From an uncultured delta proteobacterium (lineage in GTDB: Bacteria > Desulfobacterota > Binatia > Binatales > Binataceae), in contig CAWDXY010000004.1 in the NCBI GenBank assembly GCA_963806485.1, positions 893,349 to 957,348 on the forward strand: DNA of 64,000 nucleotides, written 5' to 3'. Every line of letters begins with the position of its first letter. The stretch's first letter is position 1. Under the pieces are notes generated by a model. The model was not told the DNA's origin, did no database searches, and worked only from the letters and a program-made list of their open reading frames with translations. The translations under genes were made by a program, and so were the position numbers. This document shows, one piece after another, positions 10,006-19,088 of the stretch.

Positions 10006-10493
10006 GATGCCGTATCCTCCTCCTCTTCATCGTCGAGCAGGTCCGAAAAGAGACTGCCTTGCGCGGGGTTGAGCGACTTCACTTTGCTGCGAGAGGCCGG
10101 CGAGCAGCCGAATTCCACCTCGATCTGGTGCATCGCTTTCGAGCACATCGACATCGCGCTTAGATACGGATTGATGTACGGATTGCCGACGCCGTTGGCT
10201 TTCACTACCAGGCCGCTCTGCTTGATCGCGCGCGCGGCCTCGGCGCGCGTCGAGTACCAGAAACACCAAGTTCCGAACATGGTCAGGTCGAGCCGGGTCA
10301 AAAGGCCCGCCTCGATAAATCGCCTACCCTCGAGAGACCACGCGTGCTTACCGGTGTCGTCGAGAAAATCGGGCGCTCGCGGCATCCGCTTCAGGAGCGG
10401 ACTTTCAGGCTCGTCTTGATTTAGTGGCCGCCGGCTGCCGCGCATGATCTTCAGCGTTGCCGGCGTCGGTCTGCGCCCCCTCATCTGCCCCAC
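10002..10493 (-). CDS. phage terminase small subunit, P27 family
   Basis: N-terminus MGQMRGRRPTPATLKIMRGSRRPLNQDEP matches the P27 terS signature (G-R-P-xP-xxLK-xxG...RPLN); stop overlaps the methylase start. Confidence 0.75.
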   Translation of the reverse strand: MGQMRGRRPTPATLKIMRGSRRPLNQDEPESPLLKRMPRAPDFLDDTGKHAWSLEGRRFIEAGLLTRLDLTMFGTWCFWYSTRAEAARAIKQSGLVVKANGVGNPYINPYLSAMSMCSKAMHQIEVEFGCSPASRSKVKSLNPAQGSLFSDLLDDEEEEDTAS

Positions 10494-10950
10494 CTCGATC
10501 CCATCACCACTTCAGACCCCCCCACCTCTATGAATTTCGTGCACGCGTGCGTGTGGCTGCCATGCGGTCAACGCTCGGCCGATCGTAGAGATTTGATCCC
10601 CTATCCGGTCCACGCGCGATCGCTCAACCATCACAGCGAATCTAGATCGTTCAGAGCCTTTCCCATCGAAACAAGGCCGATAGGATCCCCACAAAACTGA
10701 AATGCGATCGACTCGGCCGGACGAGTTCAACGTTCGTAGCTTCACGATTGCCGCCCGTCCTCACGACAACTTCCTGCTCATAGCTCTCCGGTCCTCCAAG
10801 GTCCGCTGTGCTTTCATAGTCTCCGCGTCGGGCGATTGACCCTCTCGCGCAACGACCTGCAGCGCACCCTTTCTCGCCCCAGTTCGGTTCTCCCTGGTGA
10901 CTCCCTCTCCGTTTGTGTGTCCATTTCCATTTTGATTTTCAGTATTTCTT

Positions 10951-11526
10951 TCAGGTCTCCAGATCTCCATTCTCAGTCTCTATGCTTCGAAGGGGCTCCG
11001 AAGTCACATCTGACTTAAAGTACTCGGCGACTTGGTAGCGCTCGCCGTACATCTCAAGCAGTCGGTCGAAGAACGGCAAAGGGCGCAACTTCTCCATCTC
11101 CCGCCAAACCCAGGTTATGTTCTTGTCCTTCCGATCGAGCCGCTCCCCGATCTGAAACCGAGCCATGTTCAACACGAGGACAACTTCGCTCTCGTGCTCG
11201 TAATCACAAAATTCAATCGCGGAGAGGTTCGCGATGCCGCTTCGGACTTGTTCGATCGTCAAGCCGGTTTCGTGAGCAACGGTCGGCAGTGGTAAGTAGT
11301 ACAGCCCCAGCGGGTGAGCGCCCGGGCCTGATATCAGGTATAGCGCGAGCACTTGGCACTCCAATCCGAGCCGACGGATCTGCCTGCCGGTAGTTCCGTA
11401 CGAGAAGCCGGGCCTCAACTTGGCAAATTTCCTCATACGATCACCCTTCCCGACGATCGCGCGTCGAGACGAGGCGGAAATTCGCTTTCGACAATGGAGT
11501 CTTGCTCGGGGGGCGACCCCTGTCAT
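10951..11526 (-). CDS. hypothetical protein in integrative element (true start probably internal Met near 11436)
   Basis: ORF in lower-GC island DNA, no recognisable motifs. Confidence 0.35.
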   Translation of the reverse strand: MTGVAPRARLHCRKRISASSRRAIVGKGDRMRKFAKLRPGFSYGTTGRQIRRLGLECQVLALYLISGPGAHPLGLYYLPLPTVAHETGLTIEQVRSGIANLSAIEFCDYEHESEVVLVLNMARFQIGERLDRKDKNITWVWREMEKLRPLPFFDRLLEMYGERYQVAEYFKSDVTSEPLRSIETENGDLET

Positions 11527-11653
11527 TCCGCATTGAAACTACGAGTTCCATGTAGATCAGGTATAAGCAACGATCGTCTTTGGGTCATCGGGTGCAGCAC
11601 AACTTTGCACCCGCCCCAACCGTCCAAGTCTCTGAAAAGACTAGACTAAATGT

Positions 11654-12505
11654 TCAGTCGTGTTTGTAGTTGTTGAGCTCGATTAGATCGGCTTTTGTGA
11701 TCCAGATGGGTCGAAAAGTGACATCGACGTCTTTCAAATCGATACTTGCGGGGACGGTCCACATTTTGGTCTCATCCAAGGTTGGCTCCAATGAGCCGGG
11801 GCTTCGATGATTCTGCCCACGGCGCCTATACCATTCAGCAATCGCCAGCAGTCTGCGCATTGTCTGTCGGCTCAATTCACCTGACCTCGAGTCGCGGCCG
11901 TGGTCGTCTCTCAATACGGTGAATGCGGCATACAAGTGACAGACCGGCTTGAACTTGGCCCACGCGTCCTCAATCGATCGAAGAGACAACGGTACATCGA
12001 CCTTTGGTTCTCCGTTCGGCGCCAACACATGCCTTCGTAGTTTTGCGATCGCTAAGTGTCGACCTTTCTTCAACGTCGCAAGTGCCGGAACCATATCGGC
12101 GAGCCGGATTAGAAGCGCGAGGATCTGGCCCGCTATAAGCCCTTTGCCAAAATTCGTCAGTCCCTCGTCGGCCAAGCTCTCCGCCGTGAGTTGAGAAGGA
12201 AGTGAGACATAGAGAAGTCGGTCTAACTCCGAGAGGGACATTCCGGACTCGCTGAATCGCGACATCTGTAGGTCCCACTTTTCAAGGGCAATCTCATCGT
12301 GAGGCGGCTGCTTTCGGATTGCTTCAACAAGCTGAAGCACGAGGTGGCGACGCTTCTTCGAATCAGACGGGAACATCATCGTTCCGAGAAGTTCTGAGTA
12401 ATCGACGAGTTCCGCGATCCGGCCGTTGTGTATTAATCCAATGCAGGGCATTCTCGGCAGACCAAAGGCATTCGGTGCGTTGGTAGCGATATCAGTACTG
12501 CCCAA
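11654..12505 (-). CDS. hypothetical protein, cargo gene at distal end of integrative element
   Basis: 283-aa ORF in locally AT-richer DNA, no recognisable motifs. Confidence 0.4.
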   Translation of the reverse strand: MGSTDIATNAPNAFGLPRMPCIGLIHNGRIAELVDYSELLGTMMFPSDSKKRRHLVLQLVEAIRKQPPHDEIALEKWDLQMSRFSESGMSLSELDRLLYVSLPSQLTAESLADEGLTNFGKGLIAGQILALLIRLADMVPALATLKKGRHLAIAKLRRHVLAPNGEPKVDVPLSLRSIEDAWAKFKPVCHLYAAFTVLRDDHGRDSRSGELSRQTMRRLLAIAEWYRRRGQNHRSPGSLEPTLDETKMWTVPASIDLKDVDVTFRPIWITKADLIELNNYKHD

Positions 12506-12753
12506 GTTGTCTGCTTACAAGCTGGAGCAGCCAACGGAGATTTTCCTTCGCGCTTGGTCCTCCGACACTTCGTAGACACAACAGCCGAGGAATCCGCACA
12601 CTATGGTCGACGATTCAGAGGCCACCAGTTCGGCTATCTGGTGCAGGGCAAAGACTCGGACGAGTGTCGGCAATCACGGCGAGGTTGCGCGCGATAAGGC
12701 GCGCTGGGGGGTGCGCAGTGTTTGCGGCGCTCGCTCGGCGCTGTCCTATTCGC

Positions 12754-15486
12754 TCAAGGCCCTGTCCCCGTGAGGCTGATGCTATACGGGCTGCTGGGAT
12801 CGCTGCCTATCGTCACCGCCATGGTGGCGCTTTCGGGCGTGCCGCCGGCCGTCGGTGTGAAGGTCACCGCTATCGTGCACGACGAGTTAGGCAATACCGT
12901 ACCTCCGCACGTGCCGCCGGTCGCCGCGAAGTCGGTCGCGTTCGGTCCGCTGGTGCTGCTCTCACCCACCGATAGCGCGAATCCCGACTTGTTGGTGACA
13001 GTCACGTCCCTGGTCTTCGGCGACGTCCTAGCGGTCAGGGTGCCATACGCCAGCGTGAGCGGCGCGACCGTCGCTGGAATCGTCGCCCCGGTGCTGAGCG
13101 CCACGGTGTACGGACTCAGCGGATCGGGACTGTCTGCGACCGTCAGCGTCGCTGATTCTGAGCCCAGGGCACCCGGCATGAAGGTCACGTAGATCGAGCA
13201 TTCGGTTTTGGCGGCCAGCGTTCCAGTGCAGGTACCGCCGGTGATCGAGAAGTCAGACGCGTTGGTCCCGCTGAAGCTCTCGCTCAGCGTTACCGGCTGG
13301 GTTTGATGATTGACCACGCCGAAGGCCTCGACCTCCTTAAGGCCGAACTGGACCTCGCCGAACGCCAGGCTGCTCTTCGTGGTTGTCAGATCCGCGATGC
13401 CGGTGCCGCTGAGCGCCACGTGTTGCGGGCTGGTAGCGGCGTTGTCGCTAATCGCAAGCGATGCACCATGCGCACCGACCGCGTTGGGCGTGAATGCGAT
13501 TCCCAGCCCGCAATTTGTCCTGGGCGCGACCGTTACGGGAATCGCACCGCATGTCCCTCCTCCCGTAAGGGAATATTCAGAGTCGGACGGTGTCCCGCTC
13601 GAGATGACCAGCGAATGGGTCCTGCCGGTGTTGTAGACCGTCACATTCTTCGCGACCGTCTGACCGACTGCAACGTTGCCGAACGCGCGCGATGCAGTCA
13701 CGGACATCGAGGTAGTCGGCGTCGCGGTCGGGGTTGCAGTTACCGTAGCTGAGACAGTCGCCGTCGCAGTCTGAGTGACCGTGACCGTTGCGGTCGGAGT
13801 TGCTGTTGCAGTCGCAGTCGCCGTAGACGTATCGGTCGCGGTCGCCGTGTTCGTCGCGGTCGCGGTTGCCGTATCGGTCGCCGTGGACGTGTCGGTCGCG
13901 GTGGCCGTGGCAGTCGAGGTTGCTGTTGCGGTCGCAGTTGCAGTTGCGGTGGCCGTTGAAGTTGCCGTCGCCGTAGCTGTCGCAGTCGGTGTTGCCGTTG
14001 CGGTAGTGGTCAAAGTCGGGGTTGCTGTCGCCGTCGCCAGAACGCCGCCATATTCGAACGCGCCGATGTCGCAGGCGTTGTATCCGGGCGCCGGGCGCGC
14101 TGCGCCGCGTTGGTCGGTGGCCGGACAATCGGCAGTCGGGATCGCCGCTATCGCATAGCTGCCCAACTCAAGGGCGATCGTCTGGGTCGGCCCGCCGTTA
14201 TACGCCGGCCCGCCGACGAGCCCCACATCGCTGTAGCTGACGTTATCGCCGATTGTATCGCCGTTGGCGCCCGTGCTGTTTCCAAAGCCGCACCCGGCAT
14301 CGTCGGAAATGTTGTACCCCCCGTTGCTGATGGTGCCACCATTTTCCGTGCTGCAGTTTCCCTCGCCGTTGCCGGCGACCATCGAGTTGGCGACCGTTAG
14401 CGTCCCGAGGCTGCTGGTGCTCGTGATTGCCCCGCTGGCGAAGAGCCCATTGCTACTGTTGCCGACGATGGTGCAGTTGGTAACGGTCACTGCGCCGGAA
14501 CCGTTTTCGAGGATGGCACCGCCGACGCCTCCTTGGGTCGCGCCGTTGCCTACCAAGGTGCTGTTGGTGACTGTGACCGTCCCGCCGCTGTCAAAGATTC
14601 CGCCGCCCCCGTCGCTCTCCTCCGCGCCGTTGCCGTAGAGAGTGCTGCTGGTGACGATCAGAGTGCCGCCGTTAGCGATGGCGCCACCGACGCCTCCGGA
14701 AGTGCTGTTGCCGGAGAGAGTGCTGTTGGTAATGGTCAGCATGCCGCCGTTGCCAATGGCTCCGCCGCCTCCTTGATCCGCCCTGTTGTTGGTGAGAGTG
14801 CTGTTGGTGACGGTCAGCGTGCCGCCGTTAACAATGGCTCCGCCGCCACCGGCGCCGCTGCCGTTGGATGTGCCGTTGCCGGAGAGAGTGCTGTTGGTGA
14901 CGGTCAGCGTTCCGAGGTTATAAATGGCTCCGCCGTTGGACGAGCCCAAGGCGTTGTTGTCGGAGATAGTGCTGTTGGTAAGGGTCAGCGTGCCTTGGTT
15001 AAAGATGCCGCCGCCCTCGTCGGCGACGCTGCAAAGTCCGCCCCCACTGCCGTGGGCGATAGTCAGGTTATTGAGGTTGAGCGTTGCGCTCGAGTTCTCC
15101 ACCACCAGCACCTGAAAAGACTCTCCGCAGGGCAATTGAAACTCCGCCCCGTTCCCACTAATTGTTACGGTCTGGCCGCTCCCATCAATCGTCAGATTGT
15201 TCTGGATCGCGGGAAGTGTGCTGCCCAGCGTAATCGTGCCGTTGACGCTGAACATGATGGTATCGGTGCCGGTGCCCGCGGCGCATCCGTTCACGGCGGC
15301 CTTAGTGTTGGCTGCGGTGATCGCGTCGCGCAGGGCGCAAACTCCCGCCGAGCCTGGGTCAGCCGTCGTGTTGACGATTATAGGTCCGCTCTGCGCTTGC
15401 GAGACCGCCAAAGCCGCGAGCAAACCAGTAGCCAGCAGCGCCAGAGCAACGAACGCAGCGCGCAGTGGTTTTGTTTGTGAATTCAC
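12754..15486 (-). CDS. secreted beta-helix repeat protein with Thr/Ala/Pro linker and C-terminal tandem choice-of-anchor-D domains (paralog of 853..2949 C-terminus)
   Basis: Signal peptide MNSQTKPLRAAFVALALLATGLLAALAVSQA; beta-helix rungs GTLTVTNSTLSGN repeated; C-terminal ~330 aa ~75 percent identical to C-terminus of the 853 protein. Confidence 0.8.
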   Translation of the reverse strand: MNSQTKPLRAAFVALALLATGLLAALAVSQAQSGPIIVNTTADPGSAGVCALRDAITAANTKAAVNGCAAGTGTDTIMFSVNGTITLGSTLPAIQNNLTIDGSGQTVTISGNGAEFQLPCGESFQVLVVENSSATLNLNNLTIAHGSGGGLCSVADEGGGIFNQGTLTLTNSTISDNNALGSSNGGAIYNLGTLTVTNSTLSGNGTSNGSGAGGGGAIVNGGTLTVTNSTLTNNRADQGGGGAIGNGGMLTITNSTLSGNSTSGGVGGAIANGGTLIVTSSTLYGNGAEESDGGGGIFDSGGTVTVTNSTLVGNGATQGGVGGAILENGSGAVTVTNCTIVGNSSNGLFASGAITSTSSLGTLTVANSMVAGNGEGNCSTENGGTISNGGYNISDDAGCGFGNSTGANGDTIGDNVSYSDVGLVGGPAYNGGPTQTIALELGSYAIAAIPTADCPATDQRGAARPAPGYNACDIGAFEYGGVLATATATPTLTTTATATPTATATATATSTATATATATATATSTATATATDTSTATDTATATATNTATATDTSTATATATATPTATVTVTQTATATVSATVTATPTATPTTSMSVTASRAFGNVAVGQTVAKNVTVYNTGRTHSLVISSGTPSDSEYSLTGGGTCGAIPVTVAPRTNCGLGIAFTPNAVGAHGASLAISDNAATSPQHVALSGTGIADLTTTKSSLAFGEVQFGLKEVEAFGVVNHQTQPVTLSESFSGTNASDFSITGGTCTGTLAAKTECSIYVTFMPGALGSESATLTVADSPDPLSPYTVALSTGATIPATVAPLTLAYGTLTARTSPKTRDVTVTNKSGFALSVGESSTSGPNATDFAATGGTCGGTVLPNSSCTIAVTFTPTAGGTPESATMAVTIGSDPSSPYSISLTGTGP
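13746..14064 (-). repeat. low-complexity Thr/Ala codon repeat tract (linker)
   Basis: gtcgcggtcgcc-type repeats; antisense AVAV ORF 13775..14158 is an artefact. Confidence 0.8.
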
Positions 15487-16608
15487 CCCGACTCCCGGTT
15501 AGGGTATCCGCGCGTCGGGAAAGTTGGGCGCGATGTGCTCGAAGTCGGCCTGTGCAAGGACGCAATCGGCGATCGTAGCGCCCTGCATCGCGATCGAAGG
15601 AATCGCCAACCCTACGGCGACGATCACTCGGCACGGCGATGCGAGTTTCCAGAATCCAGATTTGAGCATCTCGATTCCTCCCCCTCGGAAACTGGCCGTC
15701 GCTCGGGCGCTCGGAATGGCTCCGGCCAACGAAACGCGACTCTTATTTCCCGGTCGCAGCGTTCTGAAGCGACCCGAGGATGAGATCAGTCGCAGATTTT
15801 CAACTCTTACGTACTCTTTCGCCAAGCTTCAGTCAATTGAAATAACTTAAGGTATTAAATTATAGCTGAAAGTATTTTCAAGCGATTCGCCCCCAGATAT
15901 GACACTTCCGCGCCTGCGATGGAGCGAAAACGCACCGAAACGCCTCGGTCATTCGAAAAAGTTTTTCTAGTGTGTCTGATCCGAGCAAACCCGAAACGGA
16001 TGCGAGGGCTTCCCGATTTAAGAAACCCTCGCTTTTTCCTATCCGATACGATGCGAGCCGATACCGTTCGACGCCCGCGACCACCTTAGCAATCTGGTGC
16101 CTTCGACCACTCGGCCGGCCGAGTCTCAGAACCGCAGGCGCAATCGGCTCGGACATGGACACCTGGTGGGCAGCGGATGTTAATCTGCGCGCATCAGCGT
16201 GGTTCGCGTGACTCAAACCGGTTTGCCCAACCGGTTGGTATTACCTTTATGGCGGAGCTTGTCGCACCTGGTTTTGACTTTCGCAATCTTGTTCGATGGG
16301 TGCAGTCTCAACTGCTTCGAGTACGAGAGCGTAAACCAATCAGTGCCTTTTGCCATCGAAGTCCGTAGCATTTCGAAGTGCAGCCCCGAGTTCAAATTAC
16401 CGTCAACTAATCTTGACTGGGCGGAACAGGTCGAATTTTGGAATTTACGAATTCCTGACCCGCTAGTGAGCTTTTTGAGGTCCGAATCTCAATCCTGTCT
16501 TTTCTCGATAACGATGGTAGCGATCAGCGACATCTCTGTACCAGCCTGCGACCAACACATTGATAAGCTTCCTACCGTCTGCCCGACTTTGTAATCTCTC
16601 AGGAGTTA

Positions 16609-17943
16609 TCACTCTATATGGTATCGCTTCCGTTTACGCCAGAGCGTGGGGATGCTTATGCCAAGGGTGGCGGCCGCGTCCTCAAGAGTTGGAGCGACCG
16701 CCAACACCCGCTTGATGTGCTCTTCCTCAAGTTCCTCGAGGCTTGAATCCGCTGATACCTGGATCGGCCGTTGTGTGCTCGGCGCAAAGAGCACGTCAGA
16801 GAGATCTTCCTTGCGTATGACCGTGCCACGACTTAGAACGACCGCGCGCTCCACCACGTTGCGGAGCTCTCTGATGTTCCCTGGCCACGAATATGGGATC
16901 AGGGCCTTCCTGGCCTCTTCTGAGAAATGGAGATCAGAACGGCGATTTCGCGCAGCCGCCTCGGACAATAGCTTCTCGGCTAACGGCAAGATGTCTTCGG
17001 GGTGCTCGCGTAACGCGGGCACCCGGAGGCTAATCACGTTGAGCCGGTAATACAGGTCAGCTCGGAAGCGACCGGCGGCGATTTCCTGTTGCAGATCGCG
17101 ATTAGTGGCAGCGATGACGCGTGTGTCAACTGAAATCGTCTCTTGCCCTCCGATCCTCTCGAAACATCCGTCCTGTAAGAAACGAAGGAATTTTGTCTGA
17201 AGAGATAGCGACAGTTCCGCGAGCTCGTCAAGAAAAAGCGTGCCCTTATTCGCCGCTTCGAGCCGACCGGGCTTGTCCTTGATCGCGCCCGTGAAAGACC
17301 CTTTCATGTGGCCGAACAGTTCGCTTTCCAGCAGATGTTCCGAAAGCGTGGTGCAATTCACAGTGACAAAAGGGTGCTGGTGTCGAGGGCTCCATCCATG
17401 TATCTGACGAGCGAGTACATTCTTGCCAGTACCGCTCTCGCCCGTGAGCAGAATACTCGCTTCGCTGGCAGCCGCTGTGAACGTGACTTCGATCAGCTCA
17501 CGAAATCGAGAGCTGGCGGAAGCCAGCAACGGAACGCCATCGATTGAGTCGCGCAGCGCACGATTTTGAGCGCGCAACTCCTTGACCTCGAGAGCGCGCT
17601 CAACTGCGTGCTGCACCTGATCGAGGGAAAAAGGTTTGGTGAAATAGTCGTGTGCGCCCGCCTTCATCGCCGCGACAGCGTTATCGATGGTGCCGTAGGC
17701 GGTCATGAGAATCACAACCGTGTCGGGAAACTTCTGTTTGATGGTCTTGAGCAGCTCGAGGCCATTCATCTCGGCCATTCGCCAATCGCTCAATACCAAA
17801 TCGAAGTCACCGCACTTCGACATTAGATCCAGCGCCTGACGACCGCTGTCCGCCGTGGCCACCTTGTAGTTGCATGACTCAAGGAATCTGGCGACCCCCT
17901 GCCTGATGTTCTTTTCGTCGTCGACGATGAGCAGCTTAGCCAT
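16609..17943 (-). CDS. sigma-54-dependent response regulator (NtrC family: receiver + AAA+ sigma-54 activator + Fis-type HTH)
   Basis: Receiver motifs VDDE, LVLSDWRM, ILMTAYG, FTKPF; Walker A GESGTGKN; GSFTGA (GAFTGA variant); C-terminal HTH. Confidence 0.9.
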   Translation of the reverse strand: MAKLLIVDDEKNIRQGVARFLESCNYKVATADSGRQALDLMSKCGDFDLVLSDWRMAEMNGLELLKTIKQKFPDTVVILMTAYGTIDNAVAAMKAGAHDYFTKPFSLDQVQHAVERALEVKELRAQNRALRDSIDGVPLLASASSRFRELIEVTFTAAASEASILLTGESGTGKNVLARQIHGWSPRHQHPFVTVNCTTLSEHLLESELFGHMKGSFTGAIKDKPGRLEAANKGTLFLDELAELSLSLQTKFLRFLQDGCFERIGGQETISVDTRVIAATNRDLQQEIAAGRFRADLYYRLNVISLRVPALREHPEDILPLAEKLLSEAAARNRRSDLHFSEEARKALIPYSWPGNIRELRNVVERAVVLSRGTVIRKEDLSDVLFAPSTQRPIQVSADSSLEELEEEHIKRVLAVAPTLEDAAATLGISIPTLWRKRKRYHIE

Positions 17944-19088
17944 CAGACGTCCCTTGAAGTGGGCAGCGTTAACGTAACCTTGCAGCCGCTTTCCAGTGTT
18001 TCCGCGAACAGTCTCCCTCCATGCGCCTCGATGATTTCCTTCGCGATGGCGAGGCTGATTCCGGTCCCAAGGCTTTGCAAATCGCTATTGGCCTCGGTCG
18101 GACTATCAAAGACCAGTTCCAGTACCTGCGGTGGAATTTCAGACCCGCTGTCCCAAACAGATATTCTGATCTGGTCGTCTTCCTCCTCTGCGGTCAAAGC
18201 GATGTTTCCCATTTCAGGCGTGTAGCGCACCGCATTGCCGACGAGAGTGGCTATCACCCACAACAGCTTCAGCGGGTCACCTGAGACTCTGAGGTTCCTT
18301 TCGGCGTGCACATCAAATTTGATTTTCCGACGTTCGATCCGATTTCTAAACTTTCTGGAAACGACCTTGAAGATAGTCCAAAGGTCAAATCCTACCTGAC
18401 GAAACGCTACTGACCTGGGTTGCTCACGTATGAAGTTCAGAAAATCAGCAGATAGGCGATTTAGCCGATCGACATCTTCCACAATTTCGCGAATCAACTC
18501 GGTCTGCCGCTCTCCGGTGCGTTGCAAGAGTCCCACCGCCAGGGACACGGAGGTCAAAGGCGTGTTGAGCTCCTGAGCTACTGACACTACCGTGTCGTTT
18601 CGGAACCTGCTTTTATCGAAAAGCTTTGAAAGATGGCGAAGTACGACGAAGGTTCCGAAGGTACTGCGGTCGCTCCTTCGCAGACGAGCCGTCTTCAAAA
18701 CATAGCTGCGCTCGCAACCCTCTACGTTCAGACCAAGTTCAATCTGCCACTCGTCTCGGGGACAACCCCTTACCCCTGTGAGGGCGGCTCGGATGCGCGC
18801 ACAACTCATGCTGTGACGGTCAAGGTCGTCGTTAAACGGTTGACCGACGATCTGATCGCGTTCGACAGCCAGGATTTCGGCCGCCGGCTGATTCAGGTGA
18901 ATTACAGTTTCAGTCTCGTCGAGGACAAACGCGGCTTCATCGAGACAATCGACTATCGCCGCGACACGATCATCACTATCGCTAAAGGCCCTTTCGGTTC
19001 CCACAGCGAACACCCCGTCGGCGCTTTGCGCCGCCTGACACTTTCTGACTCTAAGCCGGCGGCGCTCCGAAGTGCTTGCGCAGCTCAA
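17943..19088 (-). CDS. PAS-domain sensor histidine kinase homolog whose H-box His is replaced by Gln; true start probably downstream of 19051
   Basis: H-box reads VSVAQELNTPLTSV (CAG at 18573-18575) where HisKA consensus is S-H-E-L-R-T-P-L; intact N box GNAVRYT, G1 DSGSEIP, G2 GTGISLAIAKEIIEAHGG; stop overlaps RR start. Confidence 0.8.
   Translation of the reverse strand: MSCASTSERRRLRVRKCQAAQSADGVFAVGTERAFSDSDDRVAAIVDCLDEAAFVLDETETVIHLNQPAAEILAVERDQIVGQPFNDDLDRHSMSCARIRAALTGVRGCPRDEWQIELGLNVEGCERSYVLKTARLRRSDRSTFGTFVVLRHLSKLFDKSRFRNDTVVSVAQELNTPLTSVSLAVGLLQRTGERQTELIREIVEDVDRLNRLSADFLNFIREQPRSVAFRQVGFDLWTIFKVVSRKFRNRIERRKIKFDVHAERNLRVSGDPLKLLWVIATLVGNAVRYTPEMGNIALTAEEEDDQIRISVWDSGSEIPPQVLELVFDSPTEANSDLQSLGTGISLAIAKEIIEAHGGRLFAETLESGCKVTLTLPTSRDV

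Larger units (their letters stand above)
7047..12560. mobile_element. integrated phage-like / integrative element (int, xis, ParB-methylase, terS, two unknown cargo genes); right boundary approximate
   Basis: Contiguous same-strand block of mobile-element genes with GC dip at 10.5-12.5 kb, bounded by paralogous host adhesin-like genes. Confidence 0.65.

Noticed and set aside
13775-14158. Long antisense ORFs made of AVAV/GVAV repeats (also 1812..2078, 36148..36735, 46067..46582, 55438..55851)
   Set aside because: They are the reverse-complement reading of the Thr/Ala codon-repeat linkers of real genes; low-complexity artefacts, not CRISPR arrays and not coding
15878-16594. ORFs 15878..16216 (-) and 16199..16594 (+) in the lower-GC gap between the beta-helix gene and the response regulator
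   Set aside because: No motifs, atypical composition, overlap the likely promoter region; treated as non-coding
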